From assembly GCA_964016885.1 (NCBI GenBank), contig OZ024741.1:91636001-91700000 (forward strand): a stretch of DNA of 64,000 nt, read 5' to 3'. How positions within the stretch are numbered: the first letter of the stretch is position 1; the number at the start of each line of letters is the position of its first letter. This DNA comes from Eledone cirrhosa (Eukaryota). The translations under genes were made by a program, and so were the position numbers. The notes beneath the pieces were generated by a model. That model was not told the DNA's origin. It saw only the letters and a program-made list of their open reading frames with translations, and made no database searches. Of this stretch, positions 41,543 through 56,772 are shown one piece after another.

Positions 41543-44456
41543 CATGTGTACAACACCTGTAATACATGTGGCCTAGCTATCTACACCATGTGTACAACAC
41601 GTGTAATGCATGTGGCCTAGCTATCTACACCATGTGTACAACACCTGTAATACATGTGGCCTAGCTATCTACACCATGTGTACAACACCTGTAATACATG
41701 TGGCCTGGCTATCTACACCGTATGTACAACACCTGTAATATATGTGGCCTAGCTATCTACACCATGTGTACAACACATGTAATGCATATGGCCTAGCTAT
41801 CTACACCATGTAGTACAACACCTGTAATACATGTGGCCCGGCTATCTACACCATGTGTACAACACCTGTAATGCATGTGGCCTAGCGGTCTACACCATGT
41901 AGTACAACACATGTAATGCATGTGGCCTAGCTATCTACACCATGTAGTACAACACCTGTAATACATGTGGCCTAGCTATCTACACCATGTGTACAACACA
42001 TGTAATGCATGTGGCCTAGCTATCTACACCATGTAGTACAACACCTGTAATACATGTGGCCTGGCTATCTACACCGTATGTACAACACCTGTAATATATG
42101 TGGCCTAGCTATCTACACCATGTGTACAACACATGTAATGCATGTGGCCTAGCTATCTACACCATGTAGTACAACACCTGTAATACATGTGGCCTGGCTA
42201 TCTACACCATGTGTACAACACATGTAATGCATGTGGCCTAGCTATCTACACCATGTGTACAACACCTGTAATACATGTGGCCTAGCTATCTACACCATGT
42301 GTACAACACATGTGATGCATGTGGCCTAGCTATCTACACCATGTAGTACAACACCTGTAATACATGTGGCCTGGCTATCTACACCATGTGTAGAACACAT
42401 GTAATGCATGTGGCCTAGCTATCTACACCATGTAGTACAACACCTGTAATACATGTGGCCTGGCTATCTACACAATGTGTACAACACCTGTAATACATGT
42501 GGCCTAGCTATCTACACCATGTGTACAACAAATGTAATGCATGTGGCCTAGCTATCTACACCATGTAGTACAACACCTGTAATACATGTGGCCTGGCTAT
42601 CTACACCATGTGTACAACACATGTAATGCATGTGACCTAGCTATCTACACCATGTAGTACAACACCTGTAATACATGTGGCGTAGCTATCTACACCATGT
42701 ACTACAACACCTGTAATACATGTGGCCTGGCTATCTACACCATGTGTACAACACATATAATGCATGTGGCCTAGCTATCTACACCATCTAGTACAACACC
42801 TGTAATACATGTGGCCTAGCTATTTACTCCATGTACTATAACACCTGTAATACATGTGGCCTAGCTATCTACACCATGTAGTACAACATCTGTAATACAT
42901 GTGGCCTAGCTATCTACACCATGTACTACAACACCTGTAATACATGTGGCCTAGCTATCAACACCATGTACTACAATACCTGTAATACATGTGGGCTAGA
43001 TATCTACACCATGTAGTACAACACCTGCAATACATGTGTCATAGCTATCAACACCATGTACTAAAACACCTGTAATACATGTGGGCTAGATATCTACACC
43101 ATGTACTACAACACCAGTAATACATGTGGCCTAGTTATTTATACCAAGTTCTACAACAGCAGTAATACATGTGGCCTAGTTATCTTCACCATGTCCTACA
43201 ACACCAGTAATACATGTGGCCTAGCTATCTACATCATGTACTGCAACACCAGTGATACATGTGGCCTAGCTATCTACAGCATGTATTACAACACCAGTAA
43301 TACATGTAGCCTAGCTATCTACAGCATGTATTACAACACCTGTAATACATGTGGCCTAGCTATCTACAGCATGTATTACAACACCAGTAATACATGTGGC
43401 CTAGCTATCTACAGCATGTATTACAACACCAGTAATACATGTGGCCTAGCTATCTACAGCATGTATTACAACACCAGTAATACATGTGGCCTAGCTATCT
43501 ACAGCATGTATTACAACACCTGTAATACATGTGGCCTAGCTATCTACAGCATGTATTACAACACCAGTAATACATGTGGCCTAGCTATCTACAGCATGTA
43601 TTACAACACCAGTAATACATGTGGCCTAGCTATCTACACCATGTATTACAACACCAGTAATACATGTGGCCTAGCTATCTACAGCATGTATTACAACACC
43701 TGTAATACATGTGGCCTAGCTATCTACAGCATGTATTACAACACCAGTAATACATGTGGCCTAGCTATCTACAGCATGTATTACAACACCTGTAATACAT
43801 GTGGCCTAGCTATCTACATCATGTATTACAACACCAGTAATACATGAGGCCTAGCTATCTACAGCATGTATTACAACACCAGTAATACATGTGGCCTAGC
43901 TATCTACAGCATGTATTACAACACCTGTAATATATGTGGCCTAGCTATCTACAGCATGTATTACAACACCAGTAATACATGTGGCCTAGCTATCTACAGC
44001 ATGTATTACAACACCTGTAATACATGTGGCCTAGCTATCTACAGCATGTATTACAACACCTGTAATACATGTGGCCTAGCTATCTACACCATGTACTATA
44101 ACACCTGTAACACATGTGTCATAGCTATCTACAGCATGTATTACAACACCTGTAATACATGTGGCCTAGCTATCTACAGCATGTATTACAACACCTGTAA
44201 TACATGTGGCCTAGCTATCTACAGCATGTATTACAACACCTGTAATACATGTGGCCTAGCTATCTACAGCATGTATTAGAACACCTGTAATACATGTGGC
44301 CTAGCTATCTACAGCATGTATTACAACACCAGTAATACATGTGGCCTAGCTATCTACACCATGTACTATAACACCTGTAACACATGTGGCCTAGCTATAT
44401 ACACCATATACTACAACACGTGTAATACATGTGGCCGAGCCATTTACTCCATGTAC
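41543..44456. repeat. 44-45 bp tandem satellite, roughly 65 copies
   Basis: Monomer catgtattacaacacctgtaatacatgtggcctagctatctacag and variants. Copy number is estimated from length divided by period. Confidence 0.97.
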
Positions 44457-44769
44457 AGCAGTTGTTGTCTGCCTACATACACACGCATACACACACACAT
44501 ACCGATACATACACACTTGGATGAATTGGTGTATGGATGTATGTAAGTGTGTATAGATAGAGGTATGTAACTATGTATGGAAAAATGGATCTTTCAATAT
44601 ATGCGTATGCAAGTAAAAATGTATGTGTGTATCTATGTATGTGTCTATGTCTTTATGTGTATATGTATGAATACATGCATGTATGCGTGTTTGTGTGTGT
44701 ACATATGTGTTGACCGTTCGATAGCTTATTGATTTTATATATATATATATATAGTAGAATAATCGAGTA

Positions 44770-44809
<40 letters not shown>

Positions 44810-44915
44810 TCGCGCGTACACGCTTATACATACATTTATATGTGTGTGTAAACATGCACATATGCATATATATATATATATACATACATATATATATATA
44901 TATATACACACATAC

Positions 44916-44952
<37 letters not shown>

Positions 44953-45036
44953 ATATATATATATATATATACATGTATGTATGTATATATTACATATATA
45001 CACGCACATACACACACGATAGTTATATATATGTTG

Positions 45037-45156
<120 letters not shown>

Positions 45157-45450
45157 AATAAACCCATATATTCACAGCCACTCATAAGAATGGTAGTATG
45201 TAATGAATAATATATAAACGCTTATGAAACATCAAACAAGCGGGGATACCATTAAACAATGTTACAAACCATACATGTCATTATAGTCTATACTAGTTAA
45301 ACTGATTAGGCTAAACCACGGGGTAAACTATCAGTCTATCTTTCTATCTGTCTACCTATTTCTACCTCTCTCACTCTCTTTTTTTCTCTCTCTCTCTCTC
45401 TCACTCTCTCTTTCATTTGCTCAGTCTACATATATATATATATATATATA

Positions 45451-45605
45451 GGAAAAAGTATGACCCGACGGCAGAGACAAGCCGTTTCGACGGCTATTTC
45501 TGCACGTCGCGGTCATACTTTTTCCTATTTCCCACTCTACTACCCTAAGTATTGAGTACTCTGGTGCGTTATGGTCCATCTGGTTCCTTACCACAATTCC
45601 TGCGT
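45451..45605 (-). mobile_element. Second copy of the ~160 bp microelement, inverted, in (TA)n
   Basis: Shares taaggaaccag..accataacgcaccagagtactc.atactt.gggtagtagag with 41091-41161. Has 15 bp inverted arms ggaaaaagtatgacc/ggtcatactttttcc. Confidence 0.7.
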
Positions 45606-45759
45606 TATATATATATATATATATTGACCCATATATACAATATATTTGTGTATTATATAATACACATACTTATTTATTGCCAACGCTATGAGGTTTTTTA
45701 GCCGTGCAGCTGTAATTATTATATATATATATATTATATATATATATATATTTATTTAT

Positions 45760-45862
45760 TAAAATAACAGATTAAAGTTTAAGCAAAGAATCGCTGCTTT
45801 CACCCTTAACGGGATCTTCTGAAACTAACAATCCCTCTTTGGATTTTAGTCTTCAAATTTAT
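45760..45862. repeat. Internally deleted copy of the 48601-48922 element
   Basis: Shares the first ~68 bp and the last ~25 bp with 48601-48922. Confidence 0.75.
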
Positions 45863-45868
45863 TATTAT

Positions 45869-45909
<41 letters not shown>

Positions 45910-46479
45910 CATGTGTGTATGGACACATGTACAACTTTATTTTATTTAAATCACGCTGTACTAGTGTTATCGCCACACACACTTACCAGTTTGCGTGTGC
46001 ATGCCTGTGTAAAATTATTTTCTTCTTTACCATATGATCTTATAACTAATCTATCTATATATATATCCGTTATTCTATTGACTATATAGATCACTCAGTA
46101 ATATATTTACATCTTTTCATCTCCATGTCTATCTCTCTGTATAGCTATCGCTAAATTTTCTTGTTTCTCTGTTTTATTATCTTATTTTCTCCATCCCTCT
46201 GTATACCTACCATACACAAACACGCTTAAACATATACACCAATTCATACCTCACACAGACAGCCCACGTACCCATAATTTAATGTGTATATATATATATA
46301 TATATAGACAGAGAGAGAGAGAGAGTTATGTATCTATGTATCTATCAACCAACTTTCTATTTACCTCTCTATTCATCTAAATATTTAGAACAGCTCTATA
46401 AACCGCTGTATTGACAAGTAATACCTGCAATAAGATCGATAAAAATTTCACTATTTCTCTACAATATTTGACATATAGA

Positions 46480-46660
46480 CACATTAGAGAATATCGATCG
46501 GCATCACACTAGCATACCCGATTTCAGCACCTCTCTGCGACAGAAAGACACAGCTACAAACCAAGAAGGAATGCTTACAGAGAAGCAATGCACAGCCTCC
46601 CCTCTCATTAAATAAGCATTGCCGACATTATTCTGACGTCAATGATTTATATTTCACGTG
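46480..46660 (+). pseudogene. Decayed cadherin-repeat remnant
   Basis: TLENID-/-LSATERHS (~LSATDRD) and SDVND (tct gac gtc aat gat, ~46632). Confidence 0.4.
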
Positions 46661-46824
46661 CAAATATTTGATGCATACGCATCATAACGGAAATAAAATG
46701 TAAAATTTGCTCAGGAATTTTGAAATATCTCTGATGGGTTAAATTCTTAGCTTCAAGTTAAGTCAAATATAGAGGTCCTTTTCAATCGAAAGAGCCAATA
46801 TAAGCATTAAGAAATTATATATAT

Positions 46825-47975
46825 GATAATCGGTTCTAGTTTAGGCACAAAGCCAGAAAAAGTTTAGCGGGGTAAAGTTGATAAAATCAACTCCAGTGCT
46901 TGATTGGTACTTTTATTTTATTTCTCCAGAAGAATAAATAGCAAAGTTAACCTCAACAGCATTGGAACTCAGAATCTAAAGATTGTAAATATGTGCCGCA
47001 AAGCATTTCAGCCGACGCTCTAATGTTTCTGTACGGTTGGTGGCTTCTAATTTCGACTAAAGGTCAATAATTTGAGGGAGGAAAATGTCGATTATATCAA
47101 CCCCTGTATTGGACTTTATTTTATTAGCCCTGGAAGGATGACAATTGACATTGACCGTGGCCGAATTTGACCCAGAACTTAAAGAGCCGGAACAAATAAT
47201 TGTTTCTACTTTTTGGGGCACAAGTCCAGCAATTACCCCAGTACATTACTGGCGCTTTATTTTATCGACCCCGTGAGGCAAAGCTAACTTCGGTGGGATT
47301 TGAATTCATAAGAGCCGGAACAAATAATGGCTTCTAATTTGGGAAATGAAAAGTTGATTATATCAACCACAGTACTTGATTGTTAGTTTATTTTATCTAT
47401 CATGGAAAGAATTAAAGGCAAAGTTAACCACAGTCTGATTTAAACATAAAGAGCCAAGACAAATAATTGTTTCTACTTTAGGCACAAGGCCAGCAATTAC
47501 CCAGTGCATTACTGGTACTTTATTTTATCGACCCCGTAAGGATGAAAGGCTAAATGATTTCTAGTATAAGCACAAGGCCAATAATTTGGGGGGGAGGAGA
47601 AAATTTCGATTAAATCGACCCAGTGCCTGACTGGTATTTTATTTTATCGACCCCGTAATGATGAAAGGCAAAGTTAACCTCAGCGAGATTTGAACTCAGA
47701 TCATAAAGGCCCGTAACTCTGTGCTACAAAGCATGTTGTCCGACGATCTACCGATACTGCCAATCGACCACCCTAGCCAAGACAAATAATTGTTTCTACT
47801 TTTGACACAAGGCCAGCAATTACCCAGTACATTATTGGTACTTTATTTTATCGACCTCTGTATGGATGAAATGCAAAGTTAACCTCGGCGGGATTTGAAC
47901 TCAGATCGTAAAGGGACGTAACTATGCTGGAAAGCATGCCCGACCCTCTACCGATACTGCCAATTCACAGCCATG
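46825..47975 (-). mobile_element. Cluster of about seven abutting full and partial SINE copies of the main family
   Basis: Repeated ggcacaaggccagcaatt, tttatcgaccccg and gatttgaactcaga blocks, all on the minus strand. Confidence 0.85.
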
Positions 47976-48292
47976 ACAAATAATACATAGTATTCTGTTC
48001 AATACTGAAGCTATTCTGCCGTATGACACTCTCGGAGATGTAATGTTTCATGTAAACAAAAATACATACAATAAAATTGACGTTAACTGACTTTTTCTTA
48101 TTCAATAAAATTTTCGGCTCTTAATCTTATTTGAAATCTTTGACCACATGTTTTGAAGTCTATTTGACTCGAGCTTTTCAACTATTATTTATTGTGAACG
48201 ACTATTATTTTGGTCATTTCAGTGTTGGGACGAGTACACACGCACAAACACATCCACACGCGTACACACACACGCGCGCACACACACACATA

Positions 48293-48412
<120 letters not shown>

Positions 48413-48538
48413 AGGAGAGAGAGACAGATAGATAGATATAGATAGATAGAGGGAGAGAGAGAGAAAGAGAAATAAAAGGATAGAAAGAGGGACGGGAGTG
48501 TGGGAAAAGAGGATGAAACGGAAAAAGAGGAGGGGCAT

Positions 48539-48600
<62 letters not shown>

Positions 48601-48605
<5 letters not shown>

Positions 48606-48922
48606 TAACAGATTAAAGTTTAAGCAAAGAATCACTGCTTTCGCCCTTAATTGGATCTTCTGAAACTAAAAAAAAATCAATCTGTGGGCGCAGAAGTAAA
48701 TATTTCGAAAAAACGTTGCAACCGAAGGAAAACAGGAAGACGATACTTTGGTTCGTAAAGACGTTCCCTGGCAATGAACGGGAAAAAAAGCGAAGATAAT
48801 ACGTCGTTATGTGGAACGGTGAGAACAATAACACGCAACGACAAAACCACTCTATGATTTTTATATATTTGATATATATATTATCCTTATCGAGACATCT
48901 TCGGATTTTAGTCTTCACATTT
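48601..48922. mobile_element. Unclassified ~320 bp interspersed element in (TA)n
   Basis: Both ends are shared with 45760-45862, and both copies are bounded by (TA)n. Confidence 0.55.
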
Positions 48923-48960
48923 ATTATTATTACTATATATATATATATGTATAGATATAG

Positions 48961-49069
<109 letters not shown>

Positions 49070-49751
49070 TGTGTGTGTGTATATACATAATAGATATTGG
49101 GTGATTAACACGGATAAGCGGTAAAATAGGGTTTTATTCCAAGAATTAACATATGTTTCATCGCTTAATATGCAATTAATTATGTCTTAAAATCACTATC
49201 GTCAATAATTGATTGGTTATTACAAAATTCGATTTTAAACACAGAATAATGCAGTCACTAGGTGAATTATCAAAACACTGATCGTGGAATCAGGGACAGA
49301 ACGGTTTTATACCAAATAACATAAACATCAAAATGAAAAATAAAATAAACTGAGAGAAAATAATATATTTGAGGAGTAATATATGTGTGTGTGTGTGTGT
49401 GTGTGTATGTGTGTGTGTGTGTAGCGGAATGATTGTACCTGTAATAAAATGGGTCAGCCTTGCCACATACTAGTGTGACGCTGAATTTCTTTCAGAATTA
49501 TGTTATGGGTACGCGTGCGTGTGGTATGTATGTATATATGTATGTATGCACGTATGTATGTATGCATGTATGTATGTTTGCACAGGCATCATATAATCTA
49601 AATGGCTTTCATTTGCTTCAGCATATGCAGAGAAGAATCTCAGACTTTGGTGGGGATAAAAGTTCATGCTCATGCAACCCATGTATGAGTAAAGGGAAAG
49701 GGAGAGTAATTCTCGAAACTAACGTGGAGCCAATATGTATGAATGTGTGTT

Positions 49752-50150
49752 CTGGTTGGCAGTATCGGTAGAGGGTCGGACGCTATGCTTTGACGCATGG
49801 AGTTATGGCCCTTGCCATTCTGAGTTCAAATCCCGCCGAGGTTAACTTTGCCTTTCATCCTTACGGGGTCGATAAAATAAAGTACCAGTAATGTACTAGG
49901 TAATTGCTGGCCTTGTGCCAAAAGTAGAAACAATTATTTTATAGGCAGTATAAGGGCGGGGGATTGGCAGTATCGGTAGAGGGTTGGACGCCATGCTTTG
50001 CAGCATAGAGTTACGGCTCTTTGCCGTCTGGGTTCAGATCCCGCCGAGGTTAACTTTTGCCTTTCATCCTTATGGGTTCGATAAAATAAAGGACCAGTAA
50101 TGCTCTGGGATAATTGCTGGCCTTGTGCCAAAAGTAGAAACAATTATTTT
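49752..50150 (+). mobile_element. Two head-to-tail SINEs (short-tail subfamily)
   Basis: ttggcagtatcggtagaggg...(g)ttca.atcccgccgaggttaac...ggccttgtgccaaaagtagaaacaattatttt occurs twice. Confidence 0.88.
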
Positions 50151-50303
50151 ATAAATGTTCATCAATAGAGAGCCGGTTTCTGACGTAGACACAAAACTCT
50201 TTCACTGGAATTTAACATCTACTAACATACGTAAACATATATGTATGTATGTTTGTAAGTGTGTATGTGTTGTGTTTGTGTGTGTGTACGTGTGTGTATG
50301 TGA

Positions 50304-50359
<56 letters not shown>

Positions 50360-50424
50360 AGGTATGGATGTTATTGTATTGGTAGACATGCATGTTTTAA
50401 GTTATAAGTACAGGTGTATATATG

Positions 50425-51870
50425 TTTCTCTGTCTAAAGACATATCGACCACAAGAGCAATTATCGAGTTCAAATGTGGCAAGGCCACTGGGGAAGATGA
50501 AATATGGCCTTTAATAGAGAAGGTATTCTCTGGCTGACTCGTGTGTGCCGGGTAGCATGGATCTTTGCAAAGGCGCCTAAGAATTGGCAATCGGCAGTGA
50601 ATATCCGAATTTTCAAAAGGGGAGACAAGAGAGATTGTTCCAATTACAGAGTGATCTCCTCGATAAGCCTCCCCAGTAAAGTCTATGTTGAGTGGCTGGC
50701 AAAGAGGTATAGGGAGCTTATCGCGTCCAAGCTAGTTGATGAACAATGTGGTTTTCATCCCGGAGGCAGCACAGCCGACCAAATATTCACACTGCGGCAG
50801 ATATTTGAGAAATCGTGGGCGTACTGCCAAGAGGTGTATTGAGGCTTTGTACACCCCGAAAAAGCATATGACCGCATCACACGGGACCTGCTGGAGTATT
50901 GGATTGAGGGTCAGCTTCTTGTTGCCCGCCCCGATGTCTCTATATTAATGCCCGAGTATTTGTGTTCGAATAATTGTAAACCATTCAAGGTGCGAGTCGT
51001 ACATCACCAATGGTGTGAAGTTCCACATCTCCTCTTCATTATTTTCATGGGCAGCCGGTTTGACAGTAGTACCATGACTGGCAGGTGTAGAACCAGTCGG
51101 CTGGAATTTGCAGACGACATGGATTTGCTTAACTCAACAGAAGGTGATCTTCGACATGTACTTGATAGGTTTGATAGTGTTGTATGGCTGGAATGAAAAT
51201 TAGTATTGCGAAAACGGAAATACTCGTCCTCTTAAAGGACGTCTGTACAGTGCACTCTAAATATGAATGGAGTTCCACTGAAGCAGGAGAAGAAATTCAA
51301 GTATCATGAGGTTGCGTTCATGTGTGGTGGGAAGCAGACGGCTGAATTAAGTGCAATATTTGCAGGAGCTGGTGCAGTAATGCGCCACGTTCAGCGTTCT
51401 GTAATCAAAAGAGAGATAGGTGTTAATGCCTAACTCGCTATCTTCAATTCGGTATTCGTGCCGACCCTTACCTACAGTCATGAATCTTGTGTAATGAGTG
51501 GATAAATACGATCGCGAATAAAACTGGTCGAAATGGTGTTCTTCCGAAGGATCTTTGGGGGTAACGTTACTCGAAAGTGTTCGTAGATCAGATACTAGCT
51601 CCAGGTAAAGCCGCTGCTTCTCCGAGTTGTGAGATCTCAGCTCCAGTACTAATGGCATGTAGTTAGAATGTCTCAGGAACGAATCGACAGGAGGCCCTAA
51701 GGTAGATCACGCGCAAGATTGAGTTTGACTGGTCTCGCTTGGGGATAACATCTGGATCAGTTGGAAACGGTCGCCTCTGACAGGATTTGCTGGAAGGGGT
51801 GTTTGAGGTCTTTGCACCCACAACCCTCACGGGAATAACTGGGTAAAGACAAAGAACAACAAGAAGAAGA
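50425..51870 (+). mobile_element. 5'-truncated RTE-clade LINE (RT to (GAA)-like tail)
   Basis: KRGDKRDCSNYRVIS, EQCGFHPGGSTADQIFTLRQIFEK, LEFADDM; ends aagaacaacaagaagaag. Confidence 0.9.
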
Positions 51871-52193
51871 CTACATCATTTATTAAATTGCTTTGCGCAT
51901 TGTGTATAAACATACGAGTAACACACACATACACATACACACTCATAAATATATGTATGTATGTAATTATGTGTAATATTTATATATACATAGAGAGAGA
52001 GGGAAAGGGCGGCTGTGAGAGAGAATGGGTGTGAGAGTACATAGATATAGATAACTGTTCATATGCATACACACACATATATATATATACATATAAATAT
52101 ATATATTATATATTATATTATATTATACTATATTGTATTATATTACATTATATTATATTATATTATATTGTATTATATTATATTATATCATAT

Positions 52194-52240
<47 letters not shown>

Positions 52241-53258
52241 AAACCCTATTACTCACTTTCCCATTTCATCAATGTAAGTAGATTGGTAAATTGCTGGAAT
52301 CACATCAACTCTATGATAGAAATCAATGTTCATTGTACTCATAGTTTGGTTACATAATTGTTTATTATTCCTTCATGTAGACAAATGAATTATCCAAAAT
52401 GGCCGGCGCCCATCGTCAGAAAAGAATTGTTTTCATCAATCTTTCTTTCTGTACCCTTTGTTCTTCTTTCAGTGGTTTCAGACATTGTACTGCAGTCATG
52501 CTCTATTTAGTAGATCGTGTTGTCCTCAGTACAATTTTGCAAGTCTCGTACTTATCTATCTGTTTCTGTTGAACTGCTAAGTTACGGGACATTGAGACAC
52601 AAACGTAAACGAAGACAGGGTAACACACTCACACACATATATATAAATACTTCAAGAAGACGGCCGTCTGAAATACAAAATGTAATGGTGGAGCAAGCCA
52701 TTAGGCATACATTTGTTTCCCTGCATCTATCAGAAGATCGGCTGAGATATATATGTAACACTCAAATCCGTCTCAGATATCGCAAGGCATCCCATCCATC
52801 AATTAACGACTTCTGGATTGATACTTTATTTATCGAATCCGTAAGGATGAAAAAGGCAAAGTTGAATTCACCGTCATTTGAACTAAAAGAATGCAATGAG
52901 ACTAAACAAGTTACCGTGGCATTTAATTCTGGGACCCTGACAAGACTGCAAATTAGCGGGTTAATGTGATATATATTCAATTTAAACTCGTGAAGATAAG
53001 TGTACTCAGATAAAGAAATTCCAGGGAGTACATTTCTGGTGAAAGAATGAGTTAATTTATATTATAATGGGTACATTCGATATTTTGTCCCCGTCGTACA
53101 AACGCTACAATCTGTTAAAATCGTTCCAAAATTCTTTTTTTTAACTTTGAATAAACACAAACTTACAGAAACAAAGCAAATCGGCTAAATGTTCTAAAAT
53201 GGTTTCGCTTATGCTCAAAATCAGCATTAACGGCCTACACTCTTGTCGAGTTTCTCCC

Positions 53259-53353
<95 letters not shown>

Positions 53354-53796
53354 GAGGGCTCAACAAATGTTTCCCTTACTACAGTTCACGAGCAATAGAA
53401 CAGAGTTAATCATCATAATTGATTGAGACTGTTGGTTCTATCAGAACTGGCCCGATCTTCAGAGAAGGTTCTGATTATCATTATAACAAAAAGATATATT
53501 CACCTGTTGCTGAATATTTCGTACGTCCTTTGATCCAGCATGGCGTAAAATACAGGACGCAAGCGTAGATCTAACAAGATTTGGTGGCAAGTCTACATTT
53601 GTTACTAGAAATAGAAGCCAACAAAACGGTCTAAGCAACTCAACATTTAAGGAGTAGAAAATATCATATATATATATATCTACAATTAGTCAGTAATATA
53701 CTTTAAATCTCGATAAATAAAAAGGTTGCTAAGGATCTAATTTAGAGAAGCCTATATATATATATATATATATAAAACCAATAAGCATAGTTTTGT

Positions 53797-54858
<1,062 letters not shown>

Positions 54859-55256
54859 TTGAATCAATGTGGGGGTCTTATACAGCCAAGACTGTACATT
54901 AGTTTAATTGTGGCGGTGAATGAAACAAATAAAAACAATAGTAGAGCCAGAGTTAATATTTCCCAGTTGTTAGTAATTAAAATTATGCGTACAGCGTTGT
55001 TTTTGGATAACCTCCAGATCTTGTTGCCGTCCCAGATGGGAGAACAATACATTGGAAAGGGTGTGTTTCAGTATTTACACATCTAACTCTTTTACTTTTT
55101 TTTTACTGTTTCAGTAATTAGATTGCGGTCATACTGGAGCATCACCGTGTAATTATATTTTTTGTTGCTTTTTTTTCAAATCCGGCATATATTTTATCAA
55201 TCTCGTATTGTCAAACTCCTAGAGATATAAACACACATGCAGAGGAATACACATGA

Positions 55257-55309
<53 letters not shown>

Positions 55310-55372
55310 TCTCTCTCCCTCTCTCTCTTTCTCACCCTCTCTCTCTCACTCACTTTCTCTCTCTCTCACTCA

Positions 55373-55425
<53 letters not shown>

Positions 55426-55518
55426 TCTCTCTCTCTCTCCATATATATATATATAGAGAGAGAGATAGAATAAGAAAAAGCGAAGTAGTTTCAGATGTTA
55501 AAGTCCTTTAATAATAAT

Positions 55519-55593
55519 GCTGTGATACATATTTCAATGACGACAGTGGTCACACGGTTCGGTGCGCCCAGTGCCGTGACATCATCAGACAGC
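55519..55593 (-). ncRNA. Type I hammerhead ribozyme motif, long stem II (left arm)
   Basis: Reverse complement of 56341-56415 with one substitution in stem II. Confidence 0.78.
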
Positions 55594-56340
55594 TCCTTAC
55601 ATAATAAGGTTATGTTTCCGAGGCAATCCAAATTGAATCGACATGGGAACGGACAAAGCGTTTGCTCTTGAATTCTTCGCCCGTTCCCTTGTGAGTCCCA
55701 ATTCACCCCCACCGGTTTGCGCAGTCGCAAGTCCGAAGGAAGTTGACCATCAACTATCCCAAAGTTCTACGAAAACTCGCCTAGGCATGTCCCCCTCTCA
55801 ACCAAACAATGACCCGATCCAGGCCTGTAATATGACAAGGTTATAGTTTACTGCTAGCCACCCTGCCAGTGGCATTTGGCCGAAAGCTAGTGGGGTGGGA
55901 GAGTATGAGTATCAATAGGTCCCAATACTACCCCTAAATTAAGCATGGACAGTAGGATTGACCATCTACCGATAAGAGAATATATACTTATTTCTAGGTA
56001 TTATGGTTTCACAGTGGAAATTATGAATGAGAATTAGAAATTAAAACTAAAAATTAAAAATCAAAAATTAAAAAAATTACAAGTTAAAATCTTGATTGAA
56101 GTAAGTAAAAAAATATATGCACATATAATAACTAATAAATAGGGAGATGTTTAAATTATAGTAAGAAGGACCAATATTACAGATATATTATCCATATATT
56201 GAACGATAGTACCGTACAGTAAATTACGGTATGAAACGTAATAGTTAGGCAAATAGATAGTTAATGTCTATCGCATGAATCAAAACAAAAAATTCAAAAT
56301 ATAAAATACACCTCGGAAACATAACCTTATTATGTAAGAA

Positions 56341-56415
56341 GCTGTCTGATGATGTCACGGCACTGGGCGCACCGAACCGTGTGGCCACTGTCGTCATTGA
56401 AATATGTATCACAGC
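56341..56415 (+). ncRNA. Type I hammerhead ribozyme motif, long stem II (right arm)
   Basis: gctgt CTGATGA tgtc acggca c tgg gc gcac cgaacc gtgt gg cca c tgtcgt catt GAAA tatgta TC acagc. Stem I gctgt/acagc; near-palindromic stem III ATATGTAT. Confidence 0.78.
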
Positions 56416-56542
56416 ATTATCATTAAAGGACTTTAACATCTGAAACTACTTCGCTTTCTTATTCGATATATACTCCGTCACTCCTATGTAGAAAAAGTAC
56501 GTTGAGTGCTTGAAATGAATTGCATCAATATTTACCTTAAGT

Positions 56543-56592
<50 letters not shown>

Positions 56593-56604
56593 ACTTAAGG
56601 TAAA

Positions 56605-56673
<69 letters not shown>

Positions 56674-56685
56674 ACTTAAGGTAAA

Positions 56686-56772
<87 letters not shown>

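Larger units (their letters stand above)
55468..56464. mobile_element. ~1 kb non-coding element with ~155 bp inverted repeats, each carrying a hammerhead
   Basis: 55468-55623 is the reverse complement of 56311-56464 with about four differences. No convincing internal ORF. Confidence 0.8.

Noticed and set aside
41543-44456. CRISPR-like array or a Cys/Tyr-rich repeat protein (ORFs 43101-43847, 43866-44279)
   Set aside because: There are no unique spacers and no cas genes, and the context is eukaryotic. The ORFs arise because 45 is a multiple of three; 44 bp units and stop codons break the frame elsewhere.
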